A model generated the notes under the pieces. It worked only from the letters and a program-made list of their open reading frames with translations, ran no database searches and was not told the origin of the DNA. Of a stretch of DNA of 64,000 bases, positions 49,101 through 58,259 are shown piece after piece. Each line of letters starts with the position of its first letter. Positions within the stretch are counted from its first letter, which is position 1. Position numbers and translations under genes: made by a program. The stretch comes from a virus. The stretch lies in the IMG/VR virus record IMGVR_UViG_3300042484_001802; one strand, given 5' to 3'.

Positions 49101-49525
49101 CCGACACGTATAAAATTCATATGGGTAATGCCGCCGAATATTGGTATGGACCTGTGACAGATTATTCCATAAAGTGTAATATAGATAGTGTTGGTTCAAC
49201 AAGAGGTTTTACTTGGGGACAAAGTGGAGTAACACCAATTGCCGCGTTAAACGTAGGAAATGGAAATTATCAAATTGCGGGAACATTCACATCAGGTGGA
49301 AGTATATTACCATTAAGTAATGGTACGTTAAACTTAGGTTCATCTGGAGCAAGATGGAACACATTATTTACATCGGATTTATCGTTATCAAACGGTATTG
49401 GTGATTACACAATTGTTGAGGGTGAGGATGATTTGTTCTTATATAATAATAAAAGAAATAAAGTATATAAATTTATGTTGCAAGAAGTAAAACCAGAAGA
49501 TGCAACACCAAAGCGACCAGAATAA
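46115..49525 (+). CDS. Long fibre protein 2 with two Gly-X-X Ser/Thr tracts (paralogue of 860-4063)
   Basis: 1136 aa; shared central domain; C-terminal NLGSSGARWNTLFTSDLSLSN..YTIVEGEDDLFLYNNK. Confidence 0.75.
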   Translation: MNIFDAHISGSLSVSSSAEISGDLKVLGTISGSFSGDGSNITNIPAGGVVGLNLTRIADGASTASISNTDGLRINTNSEITGSLIITGDLIISGTSFNAATSGTSGTSGTSGTSGTSGSSGSSGTSGTSGTSGSNGSSGTSGSSGSSGSSGTSGTSGSSGSSGTSGSSGTSGSSGSSGTSGSSGSSGTAGTSGTSGSSGSSGTSGSSGSSGTAGTSGTSGSSGSNGSSGTSGTSGTSGSSGTSGSSGSSGTSGSSGSSGTSGSNGSSGTSGTSGTSGSSGTSGSSGSSGTSGSSGSSGTSGSSGSSGTSGSSGSSGTAGTSGTSGSSGSSGSSGTVTMSGTQDNGVLTLNGSSPNVTAENNLRFDGSLLTVVGNETISGSLIVTNNFTVLGSSSITYVTSSQLRVEDNIITVNTASPGSRFGGLEVHDSGSVGIATGSILWDSVNNRWIYQNSSEAGYGGGVLLSGPRSSGSLGSELTLTSGRVAKSAGGDHLNDSNITDNGTTVSINSNTEITGSLIVTGDKITVKAVGGDEGGEILLGKAVTNTTLVGDGVTVDIWQNRLRFFEQGGTARGAYIDISSLAAGVGTNLVGAGSSGTSGTSGTSGTSGSSGTSGSNGSSGTSGSSGTSGTSGSSGSNGSSGTSGSSGSSGTSGSNGSSGTSGTSGSNGSSGTSGSSGSSGTSGSSGSSGSSGTSGSSGSSGSSGTSGSSGTSGSNGSSGTSGSSGSSGSSGTSGSSGSSGTSGTSGSSGTSGSSGSSGSSGTSGSNGSSGTSGSSGSSGSSGTSGSSGSSGSSGTSGSSGSSGSSGTSGSSGSSGSSGTSGSSGSSGSSGSSGSSGTSFANTFNINQNLGTSNSPTFGGLTITGGGSVSTTLTGANVGDLLYASIADNDFFRLRVGGTATNAGYVEIATSDDGTEPIYVRQYTGVFSSLTRTATLLDGSGNTSFPGTITAPTFSGALSGNATTATTAGSAPNASNLNASYGVSTGNGNGLKFWGGSDTYKIHMGNAAEYWYGPVTDYSIKCNIDSVGSTRGFTWGQSGVTPIAALNVGNGNYQIAGTFTSGGSILPLSNGTLNLGSSGARWNTLFTSDLSLSNGIGDYTIVEGEDDLFLYNNKRNKVYKFMLQEVKPEDATPKRPE
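46418..47119 (+). repeat. (Ser-Gly-Thr/Ser)n coding repeat, ~234 aa
   Basis: Gly every third residue; occasional Asn/Ala. Confidence 0.95.
47891..48628 (+). repeat. (Ser-Gly-Ser/Thr/Asn)n coding repeat, ~246 aa
   Basis: Gly every third residue. Confidence 0.95.
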
Positions 49526-49574
49526 TATTGATTAAATAAAAAATAATCATTATATTTTAACAAACCATAAACCA

Positions 49575-50348
49575 ATGCCTTTAGATATTAATAGTAATAT
49601 AATCAGTTCATCAGATATAACAAGTACTGGTATTTTTAAAACTAAAGTGCAGAGAGATGGGATGGTTTTACATTTAGATGCCGGTGATCTTGATTCATAT
49701 CCAGGTAGTGGAACTGCGTGGAATGATTTAAGTGGTAATGGTTATAACTTTATTATAAACGCATCGGCTTACAATTCCTCTGGACCAAAATATATGGACT
49801 TTAATGGTTCATATGGTTGCGCAAAGAAAACAAGTTCAGATGTCCCTTTGTCTGGTAATGCAACATGTATTTGCTGGACTAGAGTTAAAAATAGTACTGC
49901 GGAATGGAGAACTTTATTACGAGGTTTAAGTTCAGGAGCAGACCACCAAGTGATTATTCAATCAGGTGCGTGGGCAATTGGTATGTACGATAACACAAAT
50001 GGTACAGGTTTTAATAGTAACGGATTTAGTCAACAAAGTTTACCAGCATATGGTACATCTTCTTGGGATATGTTAGTTTGGAGATGGTACGATGCTGAAG
50101 TTCCTTATCATCTCTTTAGTTATAATGAAACTGCGGGGGTTATACGAGGATCAATTTCAAGTTCAAACGCAAGATTTAAACATGGTTTTTGTTCTGTCGG
50201 CGCATATAATAATGGTTCACAAAATGATCCAAATGCGTCAAGCCAACCTTGGGGGGACATTGGGATGATATCACTTTATGATAGAGTTTTACACCCGTAT
50301 GAAATAAACGAATATTTTCAAGCAACAAGAGCTAGATTTGGTAGATAA
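49575..50348 (+). CDS. LamG-like domain protein
   Basis: GMVLHLDAG..SYPGSGTAWNDLSGNG...LYDRVL..EI..YF.ATRARFG. Confidence 0.8.
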   Translation: MPLDINSNIISSSDITSTGIFKTKVQRDGMVLHLDAGDLDSYPGSGTAWNDLSGNGYNFIINASAYNSSGPKYMDFNGSYGCAKKTSSDVPLSGNATCICWTRVKNSTAEWRTLLRGLSSGADHQVIIQSGAWAIGMYDNTNGTGFNSNGFSQQSLPAYGTSSWDMLVWRWYDAEVPYHLFSYNETAGVIRGSISSSNARFKHGFCSVGAYNNGSQNDPNASSQPWGDIGMISLYDRVLHPYEINEYFQATRARFGR

Positions 50349-50357
50349 AATAATTTT

Positions 50358-51185
50358 ATGGGTATAGATATTGGCGGAAACGTATTTGATGCAACTGATT
50401 TTAACCCAAGCGGTGAGGCGGCAAGCCCTGCGGTTGTAACCAGAGGATTGGTGTTATGGTTAGATAGTGGAAACAATGCATCATATATTAACACATCCAA
50501 CTATTATGATTGTGGATATGGTTGTCAATACTACTCATCAAATCCCGGCTGTACGAATTGTAACACTCAATGGAAAGATATGAGTGGTAATGGGTACGAT
50601 GGAACATTCAACGGTGCTACGGCCGTCTCATATAATGTTGGAGGTGGGTCAATTTATTTTAGTGGGTCTCCTGATTTTGTGAGTGCTGGTAATATAGGTT
50701 CATTCTCAACATTTACTGTTGAAATTTGGTTTAAATCAGATTCAGTTTCTAACTATAAAAACCCAATCGATTGTAATTTTTTAGTGTTTAATGGGGGGGC
50801 TAGTGGATATAGTAATATTGGACCAAGATTGGAACAAGATTCGAATGGAACACTAGGTTGGGTTGTTGGAGATGCTGCTGGAAACTATACTGGAGTTAAT
50901 GTTGTACCATCAGGATTAAGTTCCTCTGGAATACATTGTGCCGTTATTACTAAAACAGGTGCAAGTAGTTTTTTAAGTTATTACAATGGGGCTAATGTAT
51001 CAAGTTTAACTTTTTCAAATTGGACGGGAACTATGGCTAATGTAAATATTGGCAGAGGATTTAGCACAAGTGGTGAAAGATGGTTCAATGGTGGTGTATC
51101 AATCGTAAGAATATATAATAGAGCATTATCCGCATCCGAAATTTTACAAAATTATAATAACGGAAGACCAAGGTTTGGAGTTTAA
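50358..51185 (+). CDS. LamG-like domain protein with a Cys-rich insert
   Basis: GLVLWLDSG...WKDMSGNG...FTVEIWF...RIYNRALSASEILQNYN. Confidence 0.8.
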   Translation: MGIDIGGNVFDATDFNPSGEAASPAVVTRGLVLWLDSGNNASYINTSNYYDCGYGCQYYSSNPGCTNCNTQWKDMSGNGYDGTFNGATAVSYNVGGGSIYFSGSPDFVSAGNIGSFSTFTVEIWFKSDSVSNYKNPIDCNFLVFNGGASGYSNIGPRLEQDSNGTLGWVVGDAAGNYTGVNVVPSGLSSSGIHCAVITKTGASSFLSYYNGANVSSLTFSNWTGTMANVNIGRGFSTSGERWFNGGVSIVRIYNRALSASEILQNYNNGRPRFGV

Positions 51186-51199
51186 AATATTTAATTTAT

Positions 51200-52843
51200 A
51201 TGCCAATATTATTTAGAAGAACAAACATTTTAGATCCATACTCTTGGGCGGTAGGTTCAGGGGGTACTGGTGCTTTTGGTCAAAACGGAAGTACAGATGA
51301 AAACGAAAGAGTAATAGGTACTGATCCTTTTGGTAATAGTGCTGTTGTCTGGGAATCTAGACCAAACGGTTCCGCAGCTGATGATGGTGGTTGGGGCACA
51401 GGATTCTATGATGTGGATGAATATTCATTATATAGATGGTCAGTTTGGGTTAAAAGAACAACATCAAGTGCTGGAGGAACATCATATCTGGGACTTTACG
51501 GTAGTCCTAATGCTGTTATTAGAATAGATAACGGAGCACAAGAAGGTAATCCATATTGGGAATGTAATGGCACGGGTGCGTATACTCAAAACGTTTGGTA
51601 TCTACTTGTTGGACATTGTTTTCCATCTAATTACACTGGTGGTGCAACAACACATCCTGATTCTGGTAGATACATAACAAGCGGCAGAAATGGTGGTGTT
51701 AATTTTTGTAACATTGGTGGTGACGTAAAATGGTATCCAGGAACGACAGGTGGATATCATAGAGTATATCATTATTATTGTGGTGATAATACAACCAGAT
51801 TACAATGGTTTGACCCAAGATTAGATAAATGTGATGGCTCAGAACCAACAATATCTGACTTACTAAACAACAGACAAGCAAAATTGGAATCTACAACCGT
51901 GACAGTTGAAGGTGCCGCACTTAAACAACAAAAAGTAGTCGCAACAGGTGGTGTTATCACAACTGTTGGTGAATATAGAGTTCATAGATTTAATAGTAGT
52001 GGAACTTTCACATTATCATCACTTAGATCGGGATCAATTGAGGTTGAATATCTAATAGCAGCTGGCGGTGGCGGTGGTGGTACTAATATGGGCGGTGGAG
52101 GTGGAGGTGGAGGTGTCCTTAATGGAACCACAATTCTAACTCCAACAACATATACAATAACTGTTGGTGGAGGTGGCGCAGGTGCGCCCGCGGGAACCAC
52201 AGGTGGACACCCAACCGTAACAGGTGGTAATGGGGGTAATTCTTCATTTAATGGTTTAACCGCTATAGGTGGTGGATGGGGTGGTGTTTCATATAACACA
52301 CAAGGATTAGGTATACATTTTGGTAATTCGGGTGGTTCGGGTGGTGGACATGCCGGTTATAATAACGATTTTGTGGCTCCGGGAACATATGGTTCGGGTG
52401 CTGGTACTTCAGGACAAGGATTTAGAGGCGGTTATCAAGGTAACGCATACTACTCAGGTGGTGGTGGAGGTGCAGGTGCCGCTGGTGCGGATGGAAACAA
52501 TAGACCCGATGGTGGTGCCGGTAAATTAACGGGAATTTTAGGTAAACCATTTTACTTTGGTGGTGGAGGTGGTGGTGGTAGTTATTCACTATCGACAGGT
52601 GGTTATGGTGGTGTTGGCGGAGGTGGAGGTGGTGCGTTAGGTACCGCACTTGGTGGAAGAAATGGTTTAGCGTGGGGTTCAGATGGCGGTGGTGGTGCAT
52701 GTTGTACATGGGCTAACACACCTGGCGGAAATGGCGCAACAAACACTGGTGGTGGCGGTGGTGGCGGTGCTCACTATAATGCAACAAATAAGGGTGGAGA
52801 TGGTGGAAGTGGAATAGTTATAATAAGATACAAATATAGATAA
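51200..52843 (+). CDS. Virion protein: N-terminal beta-sandwich + Gly-rich domain (adhesin-like)
   Basis: ATGGVITT.GEYRVHRF.SSGTF..EVEYLI.AGGGGGG...GGSGIVIIRY. Confidence 0.7.
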   Translation: MPILFRRTNILDPYSWAVGSGGTGAFGQNGSTDENERVIGTDPFGNSAVVWESRPNGSAADDGGWGTGFYDVDEYSLYRWSVWVKRTTSSAGGTSYLGLYGSPNAVIRIDNGAQEGNPYWECNGTGAYTQNVWYLLVGHCFPSNYTGGATTHPDSGRYITSGRNGGVNFCNIGGDVKWYPGTTGGYHRVYHYYCGDNTTRLQWFDPRLDKCDGSEPTISDLLNNRQAKLESTTVTVEGAALKQQKVVATGGVITTVGEYRVHRFNSSGTFTLSSLRSGSIEVEYLIAAGGGGGGTNMGGGGGGGGVLNGTTILTPTTYTITVGGGGAGAPAGTTGGHPTVTGGNGGNSSFNGLTAIGGGWGGVSYNTQGLGIHFGNSGGSGGGHAGYNNDFVAPGTYGSGAGTSGQGFRGGYQGNAYYSGGGGGAGAAGADGNNRPDGGAGKLTGILGKPFYFGGGGGGGSYSLSTGGYGGVGGGGGGALGTALGGRNGLAWGSDGGGGACCTWANTPGGNGATNTGGGGGGGAHYNATNKGGDGGSGIVIIRYKYR

Positions 52844-52844
52844 T

Positions 52845-53234
52845 ATGGCACATTTTGCACAAATAGATTCTAACAACGTAGTTGTTGATATTTTAGTTGT
52901 TCCTGATGAACAACAACATAGAGGAAATGATTATTTATCCAGTGATTTACAATTAGGTGGAACATGGATTCAAACATCATATAATAGTAATATAAGAAAA
53001 ATGTATGCAGCAATTGGGTATTGGTATTTACCCGAATTAGACATTTTTTTACCACCCAAACCATTTGAATCGTGGTCTTTGGATACAGTTAATCAAATTT
53101 GGAAAGCCCCAATTGAATGCCCTGAACAAGAAGAAGGTAAAGTACATATTTGGGACGAAGAAACCCAACAATGGAGAACCGAACTCTTACCCATTGCTGA
53201 CGTTAATAATTTACCAGAACAAGCATTACCTTAA
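52845..53234 (+). CDS. MAHFA-type small phage protein that accompanies Gly-rich genes
   Basis: MAHFAQID..NVV...WIQTSYN..IRK.YA.IG...D.F.PPKPF.SW. Confidence 0.7.
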   Translation: MAHFAQIDSNNVVVDILVVPDEQQHRGNDYLSSDLQLGGTWIQTSYNSNIRKMYAAIGYWYLPELDIFLPPKPFESWSLDTVNQIWKAPIECPEQEEGKVHIWDEETQQWRTELLPIADVNNLPEQALP

Positions 53235-53247
53235 TTAGAAATTTAAA

Positions 53248-53403
53248 ATGGGAGAAGTAACAAACATAGAAATTTATTTAGAAAACCAATGTTGGTACGT
53301 AAAATACGTACAAGATGGTGAAACAATTATAAGTAATCCATTTATGGAAGAGGAACACGCAACCAACTATTGTGTAAGGTATTTACAATCAACAAATACA
53401 TAA
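53248..53403 (+). CDS. 51-aa hypothetical protein (absent from the ORF track)
   Basis: MGEVTNIEIYLENQCWYVKY...; A-rich leader, co-oriented with neighbours. Confidence 0.5.
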   Translation: MGEVTNIEIYLENQCWYVKYVQDGETIISNPFMEEEHATNYCVRYLQSTNT

Positions 53404-53480
53404 AATATCGTACCGCTTGTTAATCTAAAACTTTACATTTAATAGAAAAATATTTACATTTACTATCAAGTTTATATAAA

Positions 53481-53747
53481 ATGAAACAAGAAACTAAAGG
53501 TAAATTTATTAAATCAGAAAAAACTTTGGTGGTTCTAGAAACTATCGGTGTAATAATGAGGATTATGGCATTCGGTATGTTATCCATATTAAACAAGGAC
53601 ACACCGTTTTTATTGATGTGGATATGGAATACTATCGATGCGTTAATATTAACTTATTGTGCTTGGGAAAGAAGCAATACACCATATATCATACTTAACA
53701 TATTCTGGTTAATAGTTGGTGCTGTTGGAATTTATAATAGTATTTAA
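53481..53747 (+). CDS. Small membrane protein
   Basis: 88 aa, ~3 hydrophobic segments, YIILNIFWLIVG; stop overlaps the convergent operon. Confidence 0.6.
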   Translation: MKQETKGKFIKSEKTLVVLETIGVIMRIMAFGMLSILNKDTPFLLMWIWNTIDALILTYCAWERSNTPYIILNIFWLIVGAVGIYNSI

Positions 53748-54847
53748 ACTTTTCTTTTAATCTCAATTTTCATATTACCAGTACGATATTCACCCGGATC
53801 ATATTGTGGTATGCTTAATCTTAAACGATAAAGTGTCATAATATCTTCCGGAGTGAATTCACCCTCTTCATATACCATAACATCAACAGTTTCAGTGAAC
53901 AGGAACTTACTCCTTAAATCATAATTTGTTGTCTTCTGTTGCACATCAATATAATCTTCAGGAACCTCACCCAAATCAATCTTATCGAAGAATGGTTCTA
54001 TCTCAAATAATCGATTTCTGTTTCTAGTGGTTAAACCCATAGAAAATGTTTTAAAGTCAAAAACAGAATCTTCCCAATATCTAATTTCATTAAACATTGA
54101 AATTGGTATTCCCCACTTCCTTACAAAATTTCTATTAGAATTCATTTCAATTTGAATTCTGTTATGTTTAAATTCCTCGCTGAATCTAGATGTTTGACTA
54201 ACAAAATGATAAACAACTGCTTTGTTGGTTGTCTTTAAATCATAGCCCTTTAATTTGGTTCTGATGATGAAATCATCGTCTTCACAAAACGCTGGGAAAA
54301 AACTAAATCCATCGAAGTATCCAACATCCTCGAATAATTTTTTATATCCACTCATAAAGAATGTACCACCGCTAACAATCTTGCTCTCACGGTTTCTTTG
54401 TTCCAGATATTGATTAAATAAATCGTACCTAAAATCAAGAAACGATGAGCCGAGGTCCATGATTTCTTTCCCCGGCCTAATGTGACCTTTAAATATCGGG
54501 GGTTCAACAGTCGTGTAACATAATAATGTTTTTTCATTTAAATCTTCTTCTAATGCTTCTAAAAAACCATGACCAATAACCATATCATTATGTATTAGAA
54601 CCAATTTCTCGGTGTCTACCAGCTTGATTCCGGCGTTATATGTGTCGGAGAATGGTAACTTATCATCGTCGTGAATAAATGACAAATTTTCGTCCATTAA
54701 CGACTCTAACCATTCTTTGGTACCATCATTAGAACCACCACTACTAATCACTAATGGAGTTGTTGGATACAACTCTCTTAGATGTTTATAACATTCTTTA
54801 GTTATAGATAGGTTATTGTAAACAGCTAATACGAAACTTATATTCAT
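53744..54847 (-). CDS. GT2 glycosyltransferase
   Basis: ISFVLAVYN, GSNDGT, LIHNDM, FCEDDD, VYHF.S.T. Confidence 0.85.
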   Translation of the reverse strand: MNISFVLAVYNNLSITKECYKHLRELYPTTPLVISSGGSNDGTKEWLESLMDENLSFIHDDDKLPFSDTYNAGIKLVDTEKLVLIHNDMVIGHGFLEALEEDLNEKTLLCYTTVEPPIFKGHIRPGKEIMDLGSSFLDFRYDLFNQYLEQRNRESKIVSGGTFFMSGYKKLFEDVGYFDGFSFFPAFCEDDDFIIRTKLKGYDLKTTNKAVVYHFVSQTSRFSEEFKHNRIQIEMNSNRNFVRKWGIPISMFNEIRYWEDSVFDFKTFSMGLTTRNRNRLFEIEPFFDKIDLGEVPEDYIDVQQKTTNYDLRSKFLFTETVDVMVYEEGEFTPEDIMTLYRLRLSIPQYDPGEYRTGNMKIEIKRKV

Positions 54848-55676
54848 TTATGTAATCTTCAATATTTTTTTGTGGTTTCCACCCCAATAATTTTTTAGCT
54901 AATGAACTATCGCACAGTGTGTTTTGTGCTTCACCAGGTTTATCGTCCATGTATACTCTCTCACCGCCAAACATATCTGCAATTTGGTTAATAGAGTAAT
55001 TTTTACCTCGACCGAGTTCAAAGGTATTCCCCCAAGATTCGTTTTCTTTAATTTTAATTAACCCATCAACAATATCGTCAACGTGTGTAAAATCTCTTTT
55101 CTTTTTACCATTACCATAAATTGTTAATGGTTCATTCTTTTCTGTTAAGTTTTCCCATCTACCGATTAATGTTGTGTAGCCACCAGTTTTAAGGTGATGT
55201 GGACCGTATACATTATAAAACCTAGCTATGGATGATTTAAGATTATAATGTTCCTGATTCAATGCAATAATTTCTTCACCAATACTTTTACTAAAGGTAT
55301 AAGGGTTTTTAAATTTACCACTATGGTGTGAACTACTACCTGCATAAATTAATGGTATATTATACTCACCACAAAAATGCGCTAATAGAAATGTAGCGGT
55401 AGCGTTATTGTTAAAATAAGTTACAGGTCTTTCAAATGATGGTTGAATTCTAGCGATAGCGGCTAAATGGTAAACAACATCTATTGTGTCACCAAAATAC
55501 GCCTTACCGATGCTTTCTTTAATGTCATGTTCAATGTACTCAGCACCTTCAACATGATTTGATTTAACACCTGTTGTATAATTGTCGAATGATGTCACTG
55601 TGTGACCTTCAGCAATTAATCTTTTAATTAGATTAGTACCAACAAAGCCGGCACCACCAGTTACAACTACATTCAT
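54813..55676 (-). CDS. NAD-dependent epimerase/dehydratase
   Basis: VTGGAGFVG, HLAA, PYTFSK, RFYNVYGP, RDFTHVDD. Confidence 0.9.
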   Translation of the reverse strand: MNVVVTGGAGFVGTNLIKRLIAEGHTVTSFDNYTTGVKSNHVEGAEYIEHDIKESIGKAYFGDTIDVVYHLAAIARIQPSFERPVTYFNNNATATFLLAHFCGEYNIPLIYAGSSSHHSGKFKNPYTFSKSIGEEIIALNQEHYNLKSSIARFYNVYGPHHLKTGGYTTLIGRWENLTEKNEPLTIYGNGKKKRDFTHVDDIVDGLIKIKENESWGNTFELGRGKNYSINQIADMFGGERVYMDDKPGEAQNTLCDSSLAKKLLGWKPQKNIEDYINEYKFRISCLQ

Positions 55677-55682
55677 TATTTT

Positions 55683-56450
55683 TTAGATTAAGTTAAAATT
55701 TTTTAAACCTCTATTTTCACTATCAATGTTTGAGTTTTGAGTGCCAGATATATAACCTCTTTCACCTTCAACACAAAATTCTGAAACCCTATAATACGGT
55801 GATCCTTGCAAAACTTTAATGCGGTTTTTATTTATAAAACTCATCAATGGGTAAACAGTGTTATTCCAGTCACTAACTTGGTGAACATCTCTATTACCAA
55901 ATTTCTCACCAACCCTTGTTAATTTAACCATAGACAAATCAAATTTACCACCAATTTTCTCTATCATAGATTTTTTAAAAAATTCACAAGAACCTCTTAA
56001 CATACCAATTGGAGCACCCACACTGTTTGTCCATATTTCCCATTTGTCAAATAGTTCGTGCTCAATAACTTTTTTAAACCAATCATCTTTAAGGATCAAA
56101 TTATCGTCATGTGTAAATAACATGAACTCATAATTTTGATAATTGTATTCTTCTAACCATTGATTGGAACATCCCCAATCACCAACAGTGTTTGGATATT
56201 CTTTATAAGTCCAACCTAGATTTTCAATTTCTTCAATTGTTGCAATTTTAGAATATAGTTTTTCATCTAAATGTTTTCTATCACCTTTTAAAACCACATC
56301 TTTCTTTTCTATTTCAGAATATTGCGGATCCCTATGTGAAACACAAAACATATCCATTGACCAATCATCTGGAAGTATTTGTTTAGATATACTTTCATAA
56401 AAATGTAATGGGTAGTGCCACCCGGAACACACTACTGCAATTTTTTTCAT
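55683..56450 (-). CDS. Putative GT-A glycosyltransferase
   Basis: MLFTHDDNL; operon context. Confidence 0.45.
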   Translation of the reverse strand: MKKIAVVCSGWHYPLHFYESISKQILPDDWSMDMFCVSHRDPQYSEIEKKDVVLKGDRKHLDEKLYSKIATIEEIENLGWTYKEYPNTVGDWGCSNQWLEEYNYQNYEFMLFTHDDNLILKDDWFKKVIEHELFDKWEIWTNSVGAPIGMLRGSCEFFKKSMIEKIGGKFDLSMVKLTRVGEKFGNRDVHQVSDWNNTVYPLMSFINKNRIKVLQGSPYYRVSEFCVEGERGYISGTQNSNIDSENRGLKNFNLI

Positions 56451-57004
56451 AATAATATTTTTGAAACTGATGGAAAATTTTGATTCAAAACCTCGTAGTT
56501 TATTTTATTCTTGATTGAATTTATTGGTATTTTATTATACTTTTTCATCCATTCAATATTATCTCTTTCTATAGAACCACCTTCAAATATCATTGTTGCA
56601 CCATTCTCAAGATTATTTTTAACCTTATTAAAAACATCTGTTATTGTGTTACCATCATTTGATATGTCTAAATGAAGTAAATCAAAATCTTCAACATCCC
56701 AGTCACTTATATTCATTTGTTTTAATTCAATAAAATCAAGTAATGAATACTTTTTAAGCGATTCCTTTGTTTTATCAATTGTTGAATGTTTATATGGATA
56801 GGCATCCCACAAATCATAACAGATTATTTTACCACCGTTATTAATTTCTTGTAACGCCATTCCCATACTAATTGCAGAATAACCATTTAACGTACCGAAT
56901 TCAATTATTTTCTTTGGTTTTAATTCTAAAACTAAATTATATAATGTTTGTCCGATATCATGTTCACTGTACGAACTTTCAACCTCAGGATTTTTATAAA
57001 TCAT
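56447..57004 (-). CDS. Class I SAM-dependent methyltransferase
   Basis: KPKKIIEFGTLNGYSAI...YD...FDLLHLDI. Confidence 0.75.
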   Translation of the reverse strand: MIYKNPEVESSYSEHDIGQTLYNLVLELKPKKIIEFGTLNGYSAISMGMALQEINNGGKIICYDLWDAYPYKHSTIDKTKESLKKYSLLDFIELKQMNISDWDVEDFDLLHLDISNDGNTITDVFNKVKNNLENGATMIFEGGSIERDNIEWMKKYNKIPINSIKNKINYEVLNQNFPSVSKILL

Positions 57005-57005
57005 A

Positions 57006-58190
57006 CTACCAACCTTTTTTTATGCAATCAACAATATATTCCCTTTCTTCTTTAGAAACCCACCAGCCAACTGGTATTGATGACACTTTTTTAATTGTGT
57101 TATCTAAATTAGGTAATATGTTTTTATATTCTCTAACACAAGAATGAACATCATTTCTTTCATGAACCTGAGATGTTGCGATACCTTTTTCAGACATATA
57201 TCTTTGAAAATCATCTCTGTTGTCAACAAGAATACTATAAATCCAAAAAGAAGATTCTCTGTCTTTATGTCTCTCTAATAACTCAACACCACTAACATTT
57301 TTAAGTTCCTTATCATAAAATTTAGCATTCTCCTTATGTTTAGATGTAATTTCGTCAACGTGTTTAAAATTCTCATTACCTATGGATGCATTTATGTCAT
57401 TCATATGAAATTTAAAACCCCATTCAGATATGTCAGATTCACATCTAAAATCTTTTCTGTTTCCATCTCTATCAATACCATACCATCTTAATAACTTTGC
57501 TCTTTTGTAAAGATCATCATGTGGTAAAAATAATAAACCACCATCACCAGAAGTAATGTGCTTTATTGCTTGTAAACTAAAGGTACATATATTTCCGTGA
57601 GTACCTATAAATTTATTTTTATATTTACTACCCATAGCATGTGCACAGTCCTCAATAATTGCTGGCTTAAATCCATATAACCTATATGATTGCTCTTGTA
57701 TGTCTTTTAATTTATCTAAATCAATAGGATAACCACCCCAATGCACAACAAAAATCGCTTTAGTTTTTGGTGTGATTTTTCTTGCTAAGTCATCTAAATC
57801 CATATTTAATGTCTTTGGATCGATGTCTACCCATTTAATATTGAAGCCATTTGCAATTATAGGCCAATTAGTTGCTGTGCACGTTAATGGTGTTGTTAAT
57901 ATTTCATCACCAGGTTCAATCCCAGGCCAACTTGATTCATATTGTGCATATCCATCAATGCCTTTTAAAAATTTATTGGGTTTTTTTAATAAGTGTAACG
58001 CTAAATGTTCAGCAGACGTTGCTGAATTTAGAGTTAATATTTTATCATGTCTAAAATATTGTTTTACATTTTCTTCAAACGCATCAACAACTGGACCCTG
58101 ACCGATAAAACCACTTTTTAGCACCTCGGATACTTTATCAGTTACGGTATCTGACATAAAAACCTTAAATAACGGTATACTTTTTTTCAT
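57006..58190 (-). CDS. DegT/DnrJ/EryC1/StrS nucleotide-sugar aminotransferase
   Basis: NSATSA.HLAL, VVHWGG, IEDCAHA, FSLQAIKHITSGDGG. Confidence 0.92.
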   Translation of the reverse strand: MKKSIPLFKVFMSDTVTDKVSEVLKSGFIGQGPVVDAFEENVKQYFRHDKILTLNSATSAEHLALHLLKKPNKFLKGIDGYAQYESSWPGIEPGDEILTTPLTCTATNWPIIANGFNIKWVDIDPKTLNMDLDDLARKITPKTKAIFVVHWGGYPIDLDKLKDIQEQSYRLYGFKPAIIEDCAHAMGSKYKNKFIGTHGNICTFSLQAIKHITSGDGGLLFLPHDDLYKRAKLLRWYGIDRDGNRKDFRCESDISEWGFKFHMNDINASIGNENFKHVDEITSKHKENAKFYDKELKNVSGVELLERHKDRESSFWIYSILVDNRDDFQRYMSEKGIATSQVHERNDVHSCVREYKNILPNLDNTIKKVSSIPVGWWVSKEEREYIVDCIKKGW

Positions 58191-58235
58191 TTACTATTTT
58201 ATTTATTACAATTTAATTATTTTTTTTTATATTAT

Positions 58236-58258
58236 AAAGGGGTTTAAATGCACCCCCA
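58236..58258 (-). terminator. Weak hairpin (GGGGT/ACCCC) right after the DUF616 gene
   Basis: GC-rich inverted repeat in an AT-rich gap; only a short T run. Confidence 0.35.
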
Positions 58259-58259
58259 T

